NCBI GenBank assembly: GCA_964430335.1
Contig: CAYSEN010000001.1
Span: 1,653 to 65,652 of the forward strand
Length of the DNA: 64,000 bases
DNA from: an uncultured Candidatus Saccharibacteria bacterium
GTDB lineage: Bacteria; Patescibacteriota; Minisyncoccia; Phycocordibacterales; SIBU01
Direction: 5' to 3'
In this document: positions 1 to 9,213 of the stretch, piece by piece
How the letters are laid out: each line of letters begins with the position of its first letter
How positions within the stretch are numbered: position 1 is the first letter of the stretch
Program-made: the position numbers and the translations under genes
The notes under the pieces: model-generated
The model's database searches: none
The model's input: the letters and a program-made list of their open reading frames with translations, nothing else
Told to the model about the DNA's origin: nothing

Positions 1-59
1 ATAAAATCAAACACGCTCTCAAAATTTTAGGAAAATAAAATGACCAGTGTAAACACTGG

Positions 60-275
60 TCACGAGTCATCTTTGTCCTTCATTCCCACCAAAGTGATTC
101 CGAAGACACAAAGAAACACTAGGCCGAAACACAATTCGGTATCTGGCTGACCAAACAGCTTGTCTAATGGCGGAACCACCTTACTGAGAGCGATGAGGAA
201 AACGACCCCGATAAAAAACCAACCGAGAATATTCAAACGCTTCAGGGATTGCATAAAATTACAGACTATTTTCAA
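60..275 (-). CDS. hypothetical small membrane protein
   Basis: 71-aa ORF with two hydrophobic segments (ILGWFFIGVVFLIAL, LCFGLVFLCVFGITLV). An 8-bp stem-loop at 42-61 overlaps its stop. Start uncertain. Confidence 0.35.
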   Translation of the reverse strand: MKIVCNFMQSLKRLNILGWFFIGVVFLIALSKVVPPLDKLFGQPDTELCFGLVFLCVFGITLVGMKDKDDS

Positions 276-329
276 TACTACACATAAACGTCATTTGCTC
301 AAAGCTTTATTTAAAACTAAGATAATATC

Positions 330-1595
330 GTGGAAACAGTCATCAAATTCGCAAAAAAGTTACTGCCGAGCAAAGTAGTCTCAAAACTACTGCCTTTTTA
401 CCATTTTCTACTGGCAATAACTGGCGCAGTAATCTACCGCTTCCCTTCTAATTCTGTGAAGGTGGTTGCAGTTACTGGAACAAAAGGTAAAAGCTCTACA
501 GTTGAAATCGCAAATGCCATTCTAGAAGAAGCCGGATTTAGGACTGCAATATTGAGCACCATTCGTTTCAAAATTGGTAACGAAAGTAAGCCTAATCTTC
601 TAAAAATGACCACCCCTGGAAGATTTTTCGTCCAAAAATTTATACGCGATGCTGTAAACGCTAAATGTGATTATGTCGTTTTGGAAATGTCTTCTGAGGC
701 CGCAAAGCAATTCCGCCACAAATTCATTTCCTACGACGCTTTGATTTTTACAAACCTCTCTCCCGAGCACATTGAATCACATGGATCGTATGAGAATTAT
801 GTAAACGCCAAGCTATCAATCGGAAAGGAATTGGAAAAAAGCGGTAAACAAAACAGTGCGCTTGTAGTAAACGCTGACGAAAAAGAATCAGAAAGATTTT
901 TGAAATTAAAAATTCCTACAAAATTAAGTTACAGTCTTAACGAAAGCGCCTACAAAACCGAAAAAGGCAAAATTAGTTTTAATTTTGACGGCCAAGTGCT
1001 ATCCGCCCCACTCGAAGGTAAATTTAACATTTACAACTGTCTAGCCGGTGCCACCTACGCCAAAAGCCAAGGGATTGATACAGAGACCATAAAAAAGGCG
1101 CTAGAAAAAATAAAAATTATTAGAGGAAGAGTTGAGCACATAAACTGCGGTCAGGATTTCGATGTGGTTGTCGACTACGCCCATACCGCAGATTCCTTGG
1201 AAAAACTTTATCAAGCTTTTCCAAACCAAAGAAAAATTGCCGTGTTAGGAAATACAGGAGGAGGTAGAGACACTTGGAAAAGGCCAGTCATGGCGGAAGT
1301 TGCTGATAAATATTGCAACTACATCATTTTGACAAACGAAGACCCTTACGACGAAGACCCTCGTGAAATAATTAACCAAATGATTCCTGGGATTAAGAAT
1401 CACAAACCAGAAATAATTATGGATCGAAGAGGGGCGATTGAGGCCGCCCTTCGGGCGGCCTCCCCTTCCTCCGTTGTCTTAATCACCGGTAAAGGCACCG
1501 ACCCTTTTATCATGGGGCCAAATGGATCCAAAACCCCTTGGGATGACGCTACTGTCGTACGAGAAGAATTGAGTAAACTTCTAAAGAAAAAATAG
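330..1595 (+). CDS. murE: Mur ligase, MurE-type (UDP-MurNAc-tripeptide synthetase)
   Basis: P-loop VAVTGTKGKSST, DYAHTADSLEKLY and GGGRDTWKRP motifs typical of MurE-like Mur ligases. GTG start. Confidence 0.8.
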   Translation: METVIKFAKKLLPSKVVSKLLPFYHFLLAITGAVIYRFPSNSVKVVAVTGTKGKSSTVEIANAILEEAGFRTAILSTIRFKIGNESKPNLLKMTTPGRFFVQKFIRDAVNAKCDYVVLEMSSEAAKQFRHKFISYDALIFTNLSPEHIESHGSYENYVNAKLSIGKELEKSGKQNSALVVNADEKESERFLKLKIPTKLSYSLNESAYKTEKGKISFNFDGQVLSAPLEGKFNIYNCLAGATYAKSQGIDTETIKKALEKIKIIRGRVEHINCGQDFDVVVDYAHTADSLEKLYQAFPNQRKIAVLGNTGGGRDTWKRPVMAEVADKYCNYIILTNEDPYDEDPREIINQMIPGIKNHKPEIIMDRRGAIEAALRAASPSSVVLITGKGTDPFIMGPNGSKTPWDDATVVREELSKLLKKK

Positions 1596-1637
1596 CTTCT
1601 TCTTGCTTCTTGTTGGTCGATTAATTATTCTTTCACC

Positions 1638-2552
1638 ATGCCCGAATTACCTGAAGTTCACACAACAGCCACCATGCTAGATTCGCTCATTAAAAACGAG
1701 CGAATTGTTTCTGTTTGGACAATTTACAACAGCAAAAGTCATGTGGGCAAAGACAACATAAAAAATCCTAAATTTTTTGAAACTTTTAAAAAGGAAGTGA
1801 TAAACGGGAAATTCACAAACATTTACCGTAGGGGAAAAAATGTGTTGATGGAATTAAATAACGGAAAAACCATTTTAGTTCACATGAAAATGACAGGCCA
1901 CCTACTTTATGGCAAATATGCACTTTCAAAAAAGAATATCTGGGAAGCCAAAGAAAAAGGCCCTCTGCAGGACGCGAAAAATCAATTCATCAGATTTGTC
2001 ATCACGTTATCAAACGGCAAAAACCTTGTACTCTCTGACATGAGAAAATTCGCCAAAGTAACCGTTTATCCCACAGACAAAATACACTCCTCTGTTCACC
2101 TAAAGGATACTGGACCAGAGCCACTTGAAAAAAATTTTAATTTAAGTGTTTTTGTCGAACGACTGCAATTGAGACCAAACGGAAAAATTAAGCAGGTCTT
2201 ACTTGACCCAAAAATTCTTGCCGGCGTTGGGAATATTTATTCTGATGAAATGCTCTTTCTTTCCGGAATTCACCCCTTTAGTATTGTGAGAAAAATTCCA
2301 GAGAATAAATTTGGCGAGTTGTATAAAGCCATGAAATTGGTTCTTAAAAAAGGTATAGATTTTGGTGGTGATTCCACCTCTGACTACCGAAACCCGTTAG
2401 GAGAATTTGGAAAATTTCATCATCACCACCAAGCCTACAGAAACACAGGAAAAGCCTGCGAGATAAAAAATTGCAACGGAGTTATACAAAAGTTAAAATT
2501 TGGTGGTCGAAGCGCACATTTTTGCAACAAACATCAGATTTTATACAAGTAA
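1638..2552 (+). CDS. mutM: formamidopyrimidine-DNA glycosylase
   Basis: N-terminal MPELPEV catalytic signature and a C-terminal Cys-rich zinc-finger region (CEIKNC...FCNKH). Confidence 0.9.
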   Translation: MPELPEVHTTATMLDSLIKNERIVSVWTIYNSKSHVGKDNIKNPKFFETFKKEVINGKFTNIYRRGKNVLMELNNGKTILVHMKMTGHLLYGKYALSKKNIWEAKEKGPLQDAKNQFIRFVITLSNGKNLVLSDMRKFAKVTVYPTDKIHSSVHLKDTGPEPLEKNFNLSVFVERLQLRPNGKIKQVLLDPKILAGVGNIYSDEMLFLSGIHPFSIVRKIPENKFGELYKAMKLVLKKGIDFGGDSTSDYRNPLGEFGKFHHHHQAYRNTGKACEIKNCNGVIQKLKFGGRSAHFCNKHQILYK

Positions 2553-2569
2553 ACTGATATAATATTTTT

Positions 2570-3517
2570 ATGCATGAAGATATAAAATGGCTATTTGGAC
2601 TAATCCTAATATTTGGACTTTTCTGGTTCATTTCGATGTTCTCAAAAACACCGATAAATCAAACTCAAGGTTCGCAGGAAACACAAAACCAGTTTTACGA
2701 AACAAGTAATCAAAACACTTATGGTTCAAACCCTGGCTATGGAACAACAAAACCAACTGCAACAGAGGAAATCGGCCAAAGCATAAAAAACGCCACAGCA
2801 AAAGCAGAAGAAATAAAGGCCAAGCTAGCAGAAATCGAGAGAGCTAAAAACACTTCCCCACTAAATGGGAAACTTTCACTTTCAAATGTATCGAGAGGTT
2901 CTGGAACTTCTGCTGGAGAATTTGCAGTTGTAAGAGCAAACCCTAACAACAAAGAAAAAATACTAATTACTGGACTAAGACTCCAAAGTCCGGTTTCAGG
3001 GCAAGGTGCAAATATTCCAAAAGGGGTGGCTTTATACTTTCAAAACCAAATCAACAAAGAAGAGCCCATATATTTAGCTCCAGGCGAAACAGCCTACATC
3101 ATTACCGGTCGTTCACCTCTTGGAACATCATTTAAACTGAACAAATGTACGGGATTCTTTAATCAATACCAAAGCTTTAATCCAGGAATTCCAAGCCGAT
3201 GTCCAAATCCCAACGAGTCTGACTTACCAAACAACGGCACAATATACAACGACGCCTGCCGAAGCTATATCAATTCTGTGCCAGGTTGCAGAGTAATCAC
3301 CGACACACCAGCAAACATTTCCCCTGAGTGTAAAAGATATGTCACAGAAGAACTGACTTATTTAAAATGTGTTGATAAATACAAAAACGGCTCAGACTTT
3401 TATGACCCTGAATGGCGAGTCTACCTAGGCAGAGATGACGGACTGTGGAAAAGCACAAGAGAAATCGTACAGCTGGTAGACCAAAATGGAAAAATTATAG
3501 ATATGGTTAACTACTAA
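2570..3517 (+). CDS. hypothetical membrane-anchored/secreted protein, Cys-rich C-terminal half
   Basis: 315-aa ORF with an N-terminal hydrophobic helix (WLFGLILIFGLFWFISMF). No recognisable catalytic motif. Confidence 0.6.
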   Translation: MHEDIKWLFGLILIFGLFWFISMFSKTPINQTQGSQETQNQFYETSNQNTYGSNPGYGTTKPTATEEIGQSIKNATAKAEEIKAKLAEIERAKNTSPLNGKLSLSNVSRGSGTSAGEFAVVRANPNNKEKILITGLRLQSPVSGQGANIPKGVALYFQNQINKEEPIYLAPGETAYIITGRSPLGTSFKLNKCTGFFNQYQSFNPGIPSRCPNPNESDLPNNGTIYNDACRSYINSVPGCRVITDTPANISPECKRYVTEELTYLKCVDKYKNGSDFYDPEWRVYLGRDDGLWKSTREIVQLVDQNGKIIDMVNY

Positions 3518-3523
3518 TCAAAA

Positions 3524-3559
3524 TAAAACCGGCGCGACCAAGGGTTGCGCCGGTTTTAT
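3524..3559. terminator. bidirectional intrinsic terminator between convergent genes
   Basis: Stem ataaaaccggcgc / gcgccggttttat with an 11-nt loop; A-run and T-run on either side. Confidence 0.7.
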
Positions 3560-4035
3560 TGTAACAACCTAGAAATCCCGATACCGACCGTGATTGAAAT
3601 GTTTAGAGACTCTTTCTTCCCTTTCATCGGTATCTCAGCCACAACATCACACTTTTTTAATACAGATTGTGAAAGTCCTTCCACTTCATTACCAAATATG
3701 AAAGCAACAGGATTTTTTATTTTAACCTCTCGATAATCTACGGACTGCGAAGCTATCTCGAAGGCAACTTTGTAAACACCTTTTTTGTTTAGAAAAGAAA
3801 AAACATCAGCCATCTTTGGAAAATGCATCCAAGCAACAGTTTTCTCGGCACCCAACGACACCTTAGCAAAATCACTCCTCGCCCTACCAAAACGATCAAG
3901 AGGTGCGGGTGTAACACCAACCAAAATCACGCATGGCACACCAAGACAGTCAGCAGTTCTGAATATCGAGCCCACATTGTGCACGCTTCGCACATCAGAT
4001 AGGACTATGTAGGAATCGTAATTAACGTCATTCAT
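3556..4035 (-). CDS. SpoU/TrmH-family RNA 2'-O-methyltransferase
   Basis: VHNVGSIFRTADCLG, FIFGNEVEGLS and LNISITVGI motifs characteristic of SPOUT methyltransferases. Confidence 0.8.
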   Translation of the reverse strand: MNDVNYDSYIVLSDVRSVHNVGSIFRTADCLGVPCVILVGVTPAPLDRFGRARSDFAKVSLGAEKTVAWMHFPKMADVFSFLNKKGVYKVAFEIASQSVDYREVKIKNPVAFIFGNEVEGLSQSVLKKCDVVAEIPMKGKKESLNISITVGIGISRLLQ

Positions 4036-4112
4036 GGCCCAACCTTATCAAACCGAAATGAAATATCAAGCATGTGCATGCCTATTTAAATTACTTATGC
4101 TAAAATATTGAA

Positions 4113-4496
4113 ATGTTAAGCATTTTCCCAACATTATTTACTTACAGCCTAGTAGTACCTTTGGTTTTTAGAATTGTCATCGGATTGGTATTTCTAACTC
4201 TCGGTTATAAAAGTATCAAAAGCGGTCTGGTGTCACCTTCTCTCAGCACAAATCCTATTGTTTCTAAAATTGTTATTGCGGTAGAAATTGCAGGAGGAAT
4301 ACTGCTAATCATTGGCCTTTGGACACAAATTGTAGCCATGATTTTGTCTGCTCTTTCTTTGCTTGGAGTACTAAAGAAAAATCCTGAAGGAGCTGCTGTT
4401 GTAATTCCAAAAGAAGTACTAGCACTTTTATTACTAATTACCGCTTCTCTAATTTTTCTAGGACCTGGTTTCTACGCTTTTGATTTACCTCTATAA
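4113..4496 (+). CDS. DoxX-like small integral membrane protein
   Basis: 127 aa with four hydrophobic helices; N-terminal pattern (LVFRIVIGLVFLTLGYKSIK) resembles the DoxX family. Confidence 0.5.
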   Translation: MLSIFPTLFTYSLVVPLVFRIVIGLVFLTLGYKSIKSGLVSPSLSTNPIVSKIVIAVEIAGGILLIIGLWTQIVAMILSALSLLGVLKKNPEGAAVVIPKEVLALLLLITASLIFLGPGFYAFDLPL

Positions 4497-4545
4497 ACTT
4501 GAATTAAACTGGCTTTTGAAGTATCTTACTCATGAGTTTATTTAT

Positions 4546-4618
4546 GCGCCCATAGCTCAGTTGGTAGAGCACCTGCCTTTTAAGCAGAGGGTCGTAGGTT
4601 CGATTCCTACTGGGCGCA
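4546..4618 (+). tRNA. tRNA-Lys (anticodon UUU)
   Basis: Cloverleaf read by eye: acceptor GCGCCCA/TGGGCGC, D arm GCTC..GAGC, anticodon loop CTTTTAA, T arm GTAGG-TTCGATT-CCTAC. No encoded CCA. Confidence 0.95.
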
Positions 4619-4623
4619 CAAGA

Positions 4624-4655
4624 CGAAAAAATCCGGACTGCTCCGGATTTTTTCG
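4624..4655 (+). terminator. intrinsic terminator-like hairpin after tRNA-Lys
   Basis: cgaaaaaatccgga-ctgc-tccggattttttcg, a perfect 14-bp stem with A/T tracts. Confidence 0.7.
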
Positions 4656-4659
4656 TACC

Positions 4660-4705
4660 TGTGCGAGCCGGAGCCATGTTTCGCTACCAAGCGAAACGGG
4701 CGAGG
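4660..4705 (+). repeat. 46-nt direct repeat, copy 1 (contains hairpin GTTTCGC-TACCAA-GCGAAAC)
   Basis: Identical to 4899-4944: tgtgcgagccggagccatgtttcgctaccaagcgaaacgggcgagg. Confidence 0.95.
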
Positions 4706-4843
4706 CAAGGTCATGAAAATTTTCGAGTGGCGACGAGAAAATTATTCCTGACCACAGGCGAAATGACCAAGCAGGTCTAAATGACCTGCGTGTAGGAATC
4801 GAACGGCGGAGTATAAAATTTTCAGCAGAAAATTTTTCGAGCC

Positions 4844-4886
4844 GGTGACCAGACAAAACTTTTTGACGAAAAAGTTTTAGTCGAGG
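4844..4886 (+). repeat. conserved tRNA-trailer hairpin motif, copy A (GGTGACCAGACAA-stem/loop-TTAGTCGAGG)
   Basis: Shares both flanks with 62061-62105, while the distal stem differs by fully compensatory changes. Confidence 0.8.
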
Positions 4887-4898
4887 GAGATTTCCTAT

Positions 4899-4944
4899 TG
4901 TGCGAGCCGGAGCCATGTTTCGCTACCAAGCGAAACGGGCGAGG
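4899..4944 (+). repeat. 46-nt direct repeat, copy 2
   Basis: Identical to 4660-4705; 239-nt period. Confidence 0.95.
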
Positions 4945-5026
4945 AGGGGTCGCGAGTTTCGAGGCTGACGAGCCGAAGAAAACTTGTGACCACAAGAAAG
5001 TTCACTTAATGAACTATGTTTCTACC

Positions 5027-5428
5027 CTACTCCCTCCCAATCAAATAAACCCCGAGTAATTTTCTAAAATATTCCGTTTCGGGATTAAAACACGCTTCTT
5101 TTATATGCAATAAAGGATGTGACTCCGGTGAATACTCATAATGCGCTCGGATTTCTCCATCAATAAAAAGTCTAATGTGGTACTGAAAAATCTCTTTATC
5201 GATTTTTCTCATACTCAAAACCTCTCCGGGATCTTTCCATGCAATTTTTGCCAATTCAAAACCTTGGTCAAACAAATACGCCTCTAAATCCAATCTGTTG
5301 TAATTGGCGTTTAAATGACCTAGTAAATATTTTTGTCTGAAATCATGAAAACCCAATTTTTCAACCGTTCGTATGATCGGTGGCCAAACCTGATAGGCCA
5401 AATTCCAAAAGAATCGGATTTTTTCCAT
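5027..5428 (-). CDS. hypothetical protein
   Basis: 133-aa ORF with host-like composition, tightly packed upstream of the holA-like gene. No motif recognised. Confidence 0.5.
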   Translation of the reverse strand: MEKIRFFWNLAYQVWPPIIRTVEKLGFHDFRQKYLLGHLNANYNRLDLEAYLFDQGFELAKIAWKDPGEVLSMRKIDKEIFQYHIRLFIDGEIRAHYEYSPESHPLLHIKEACFNPETEYFRKLLGVYLIGRE

Positions 5429-5437
5429 ACAAGTATA

Positions 5438-6154
5438 TTACACGCTCAATATAAATCTCTCAAGACGACTAATAAAATCCACCTCCCCTCTGTGGGCATC
5501 GTGATAAATTGAAACCAGCTCTTGCGCAAATTTACTCAAATCATTATCACTAAAATTTTTCGCATATCTAAGCGCCTTGTTAAAAACAAAAGGGTTTAAA
5601 CCAGATTCGGTAGCGTTTTTAGTTTCTGATGAAATAATCATATTTTTAATCTGCCAAAACAAAATTCCAGAAATTTCCTCTGGTGTGGCCCCACTTCTTA
5701 TGGCTTTCTCATAAATTACCCAGAGTTTTTTCCTATTTCTTTCTCCTAAGGCATCGGCCAAAGCAAAGGTGTTAAATGGTTCAACTTTTTTTTCTTCTTT
5801 ACCCTCGAAGGACTGCACCTTATCGGCAAATTTACCGACCGCATCTAGAGTTTTTTTATCAACAACCTCGTTTATAAAAATAAATACGTTTTCTGAATTT
5901 TTTAGCAAATCCAGCTTTTCAATCACAAAATCTTTAATTTCCTTATTCTCAAAAATCCTGCTAGCAAGAACTATAAATTTTCTTTCAAAAAGCCCCTGTG
6001 AACCAAGAAATTCCTCAAACCTTCCTTCGCTCCAATTGTCCTGGTCAATCTTAAAAAGCTCGGCATCTGGTTTTCTTTTCTGCATAACCGAAACCAGTTC
6101 AAGCGCCTTCGCCCTAGCTGCGTCCATATTTTTTCCGTAAAGAAAATAAAGCAT
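5438..6154 (-). CDS. holA: DNA polymerase III delta subunit-like (short)
   Basis: N-terminal MLYFLYG... pattern and overall helical profile resemble HolA; sits next to polA. Shorter than canonical HolA. Confidence 0.5.
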   Translation of the reverse strand: MLYFLYGKNMDAARAKALELVSVMQKRKPDAELFKIDQDNWSEGRFEEFLGSQGLFERKFIVLASRIFENKEIKDFVIEKLDLLKNSENVFIFINEVVDKKTLDAVGKFADKVQSFEGKEEKKVEPFNTFALADALGERNRKKLWVIYEKAIRSGATPEEISGILFWQIKNMIISSETKNATESGLNPFVFNKALRYAKNFSDNDLSKFAQELVSIYHDAHRGEVDFISRLERFILSV

Positions 6155-6203
6155 GAATGTTTGAAGTAACTATTTGTCTTTTCTAATGTCTAATTACTAG
6201 ATA

Positions 6204-8675
6204 CTACTTACTTTTCTCCATCTCTCCCCAGTTTTCTCCAACCTTCACTTCTACCTTGCAAACCACACCCTTGGTTTTTTCTGGTGAAATCACACTCTCC
6301 ATAATTTTTTTCGCCTCTGATATAAATTCACCTTCCGCACCTTTTTTAACTTCATAAACCAATTCATCGTGCACTTGGAGCAACAAGAAAACCTTGTCAT
6401 TCAAATTGTTTTTTTCAATGTACTGGTCTGCGTGAATCATCGCGATTTTAATAATATCCGCCTCCGTGCCTTGAATCGGCGCGTTAATAGCCATTCTCTC
6501 AGCTGCCGCTCTAATGAAAGGCAACTTTGAAGAAATTCCTGGAAAATATCTTCTCCTGCCAAAAAATGTTTCAGTGTAGCCTAACTTTCTTGTCTCAGAC
6601 TTTACATCTTCCAAATACTTGGCTAGGCCGGCAAACTTTGAAAAATAATCATTGTAAAATTTTTGAGATTCTTCTCTCGTTGTCCCCTCACCCAAATTCG
6701 CCCTAAGCGCATTTACACCCATTCCGTACATGACTCCGAAGTTGATGACTTTTGCCTTTCTTCTCATGTCAGGAGTAACCTTTTCAGGAGGTACACCGAA
6801 AACCTCCGAAGCCACTGCTGTGTGCACGTCCTCGCCGTTTTTAAAAATCTCAATCAATTTCTGATCGCCCGACAAAAAAGCAGCGATGCGGAGCTCAATT
6901 TGAGAATAATCAAACGCTACAAACTGAAAACCTTTGGTAGCCACAAAAGCGTTTCTGATCGCCCGGCCCAATTCCGTCTTGTTTGGAATGTTTTGCAAGT
7001 TAGGATTTTCACATCCCATTCTTCCCGTTGTTGTTCCAGCCTGCAAAAACTGAGCGTGAAGTTTTCCGTCTTTATCCACCATTTCAGGAATCGTGTCGAT
7101 GTAGGTTCCCAAAAGCTTTGAAAGTTCTCGGTATTCCAAGATCAAAGAAATTATTGGATGGACATCTCTTAGTTTCTCCAATTCAGATTCCTTAGTAGAA
7201 AGTGCTCCACCACTAGTCTTTTTCTGATTCTTGGCCTTAAGTCCAAGTTTTTCAAACAAAATCACACCGAGTTGCTTGGGAGAGCTAACGTTAAACTCCT
7301 CGCCGGCCAAACTCCAAATTTTCTTTTCAAGTCCAGCTAATGTTTTGTGATACTCCACCGACAATTCCTTAAGACGTTCTTTGTCTATAGCAATTCCCCG
7401 CTCTTTCATTTTAGAAACAACTGGCATTAGAGGAACCTCTATGTCGTTGAAAACTGAATTTAATTTATACTCGCTGAGTCTTTTTAAAATAATCTTTTCC
7501 GCTTCTTCAAAAGTTTTAGCACCTGTAAAATTCAAAATATCATCGAGCGTAGGATTTGTGGTGTTGGAATTGACCAACCACAAAGCAATAGCCACTCTCG
7601 CTAAATCTTTTGGATCCGGCGCTGGTATCGAGCTTGCAGAAGTTGAAAATAGGTTCTGAACTGGCGCTTCATTTTTAGTCTCCACTTTGTCACCCACTTT
7701 TGCACCGTTCTCCTTAGTTGAAGTTACACTTTTTCCGGAAAGTGCCTGTGTTAATCTCTGTCCCAGATTTCTAAACTCTAAGTCTGCAAAAATCTTTACG
7801 ATTTTCCCAATTTCAATACTTTCCTTCCACTCTTTTTCTGGCAAAACAAAATCGATAGGCGCGTCTCGTCGAATAGTGGCTAGCATTTTGCTAAACTCTG
7901 CTTCTTCTTCGTTGTCCTTAAGTAATTTAATAATGCGATCAGTAAGACCTGCTTTTTTAAAAGCCTTATCATCTTTTTTTAGACTTGCGTAAATATTTTC
8001 AACAGTGCCAAAGTTTTGTATCAAAATTGAAGCAGTTTTTTCACCGATCCCTTTAATGCCGATGATGTTATCCGAAGGATCTCCTCTTAGACCTTTGTAA
8101 TCTGGTAAGAGTTTAGGCGGAAAACCGAACCTTTTAACCACAGCTTCCTCGTCATAAAGGATCGTATCTTGAATACCTTTTTTCAACGTGTAAACCTGAA
8201 CCTTTTCATCGTCGACAAGCTGGAGTGTATCCATATCTCCTGAAGCAATTATAATGTCTGTTGGATTTTCACCTTCCTTTAGTTTTGAATTTCTATCATT
8301 TATCTTGTCGACAATTGTTCCTAAAATATCGTCGGCTTCAAAACCTTCCTTGTCATACATAGGAATTGAAAACGCTTCGAACACATCTCGAGATCTTTTC
8401 ATCTGAGAAACCAACTCAGGGTCTGCTTTTGCCCTCCCTGCTTTGTAATCTTTGTAAGCCTCGTGTCTGTAGGTCGGCTTTGGTAAATCGTACGCCGCCA
8501 CAATATAATCCGGTTTTAAATCAGCGATAATTTTTATTAACATGCTAGCAACACCATAAAGAGCGCCGGTAGGTTCACCTTTTGAACTGCTAAAGTCAGG
8601 TAGAGCATGATAGGCTCGATGCAATATCGCGTGAGCATCAAGTAACACCAGCCTTTTATTGTCATTTTTGGACAT
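6204..8675 (-). CDS. polA: DNA polymerase I
   Basis: 5'-nuclease N-terminus (LLDAHAILHRAYHALP). Pol motifs A (DYSQIELRI), B (RRKAKVINFGVMYGMG) and C (QVHDELV). Confidence 0.95.
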   Translation of the reverse strand: MSKNDNKRLVLLDAHAILHRAYHALPDFSSSKGEPTGALYGVASMLIKIIADLKPDYIVAAYDLPKPTYRHEAYKDYKAGRAKADPELVSQMKRSRDVFEAFSIPMYDKEGFEADDILGTIVDKINDRNSKLKEGENPTDIIIASGDMDTLQLVDDEKVQVYTLKKGIQDTILYDEEAVVKRFGFPPKLLPDYKGLRGDPSDNIIGIKGIGEKTASILIQNFGTVENIYASLKKDDKAFKKAGLTDRIIKLLKDNEEEAEFSKMLATIRRDAPIDFVLPEKEWKESIEIGKIVKIFADLEFRNLGQRLTQALSGKSVTSTKENGAKVGDKVETKNEAPVQNLFSTSASSIPAPDPKDLARVAIALWLVNSNTTNPTLDDILNFTGAKTFEEAEKIILKRLSEYKLNSVFNDIEVPLMPVVSKMKERGIAIDKERLKELSVEYHKTLAGLEKKIWSLAGEEFNVSSPKQLGVILFEKLGLKAKNQKKTSGGALSTKESELEKLRDVHPIISLILEYRELSKLLGTYIDTIPEMVDKDGKLHAQFLQAGTTTGRMGCENPNLQNIPNKTELGRAIRNAFVATKGFQFVAFDYSQIELRIAAFLSGDQKLIEIFKNGEDVHTAVASEVFGVPPEKVTPDMRRKAKVINFGVMYGMGVNALRANLGEGTTREESQKFYNDYFSKFAGLAKYLEDVKSETRKLGYTETFFGRRRYFPGISSKLPFIRAAAERMAINAPIQGTEADIIKIAMIHADQYIEKNNLNDKVFLLLQVHDELVYEVKKGAEGEFISEAKKIMESVISPEKTKGVVCKVEVKVGENWGEMEKSK

Positions 8676-8691
8676 AAAGCTATTGTAACAA

Positions 8692-9126
8692 CTATAGAGT
8701 TATTTTTCTCGTCTGGTCGTCAACAAATTCAAAATTCATTTTTATAGTATCGTCGGGCAATACATCGGCGACTAAATCTGCCCACTCAATCAAAATTAGA
8801 TTTTTAGGATTTTTTAAAATATTATCGATTCCCAATTTTCTCAATTCATCACCACCCTTCAAACGATAAGCGTCGATGTGTATCAAAGTGTCAAAACGAG
8901 AGTATGAAATTTTGTAAAATTTCATTATGACAAAAGTCGGGCTAGTGATTTGTTCTTTCACGCCAAAGGCCTCCGCTACATATTGCACAAAAGTGGTCTT
9001 ACCAGCGCCCAAATTTCCCACAAGGCCGACAACAGTGGCGCCACTTCTTTCACTTTCTACAATGATCTCACGTAAGGCCTCAACTGCCCCCTTGGTCTCT
9101 TCTAAACTTTTACTGAAAATATCCAT
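8692..9126 (-). CDS. tsaE: tRNA t6A37 biosynthesis ATPase TsaE
   Basis: GNLGAGKTTFVQ P-loop, SPTF and HIDAYRL motifs. ATG at 9126 preferred because the longer ORF (to 9159) runs into the upstream terminator T-tract. Confidence 0.85.
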   Translation of the reverse strand: MDIFSKSLEETKGAVEALREIIVESERSGATVVGLVGNLGAGKTTFVQYVAEAFGVKEQITSPTFVIMKFYKISYSRFDTLIHIDAYRLKGGDELRKLGIDNILKNPKNLILIEWADLVADVLPDDTIKMNFEFVDDQTRKITL

Positions 9127-9167
9127 AAGCGAAATTGTAGCATATACATTTTTTCCCAAAAGAAAAA

Positions 9168-9192
9168 GGCACTTCGATAATCTCGAAGTGCC
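9168..9192 (-). terminator. intrinsic terminator of the high-GC lipoprotein gene
   Basis: ggcacttcga-taatc-tcgaagtgcc, followed on the minus strand by tttttcttttggg. Confidence 0.75.
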
Positions 9193-9213
9193 CGCGTAAA
9201 TTTTGAAGTTGGC

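Noticed and set aside
4557-4916. 119-aa minus-strand ORF across the tRNA-Lys trailer; similarly the 86-aa ORF at 62168-62428 and the 67-aa ORF at 61892-62095.
   Set aside because: They overlap tRNA genes or their antisense and the repeat modules, have no start context, and their sequences simply translate tRNA/repeat DNA.
4660-4944. CRISPR-like appearance of the repeated 46-mers.
   Set aside because: There are only two copies, the 193-nt spacer is itself full of related hairpin modules, and no cas genes or further repeats exist in the window.
4965-4972. CUGACGAG, matching the hammerhead CUGANGA core, at 4965-4972 and again at 16775-16782 (both followed by CC).
   Set aside because: No stem II hairpin followed by GAAA, and no stem I/III partners, could be drawn at either site. 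At 16775 the bases belong to a simple GACGAG/CTCGTC hairpin.
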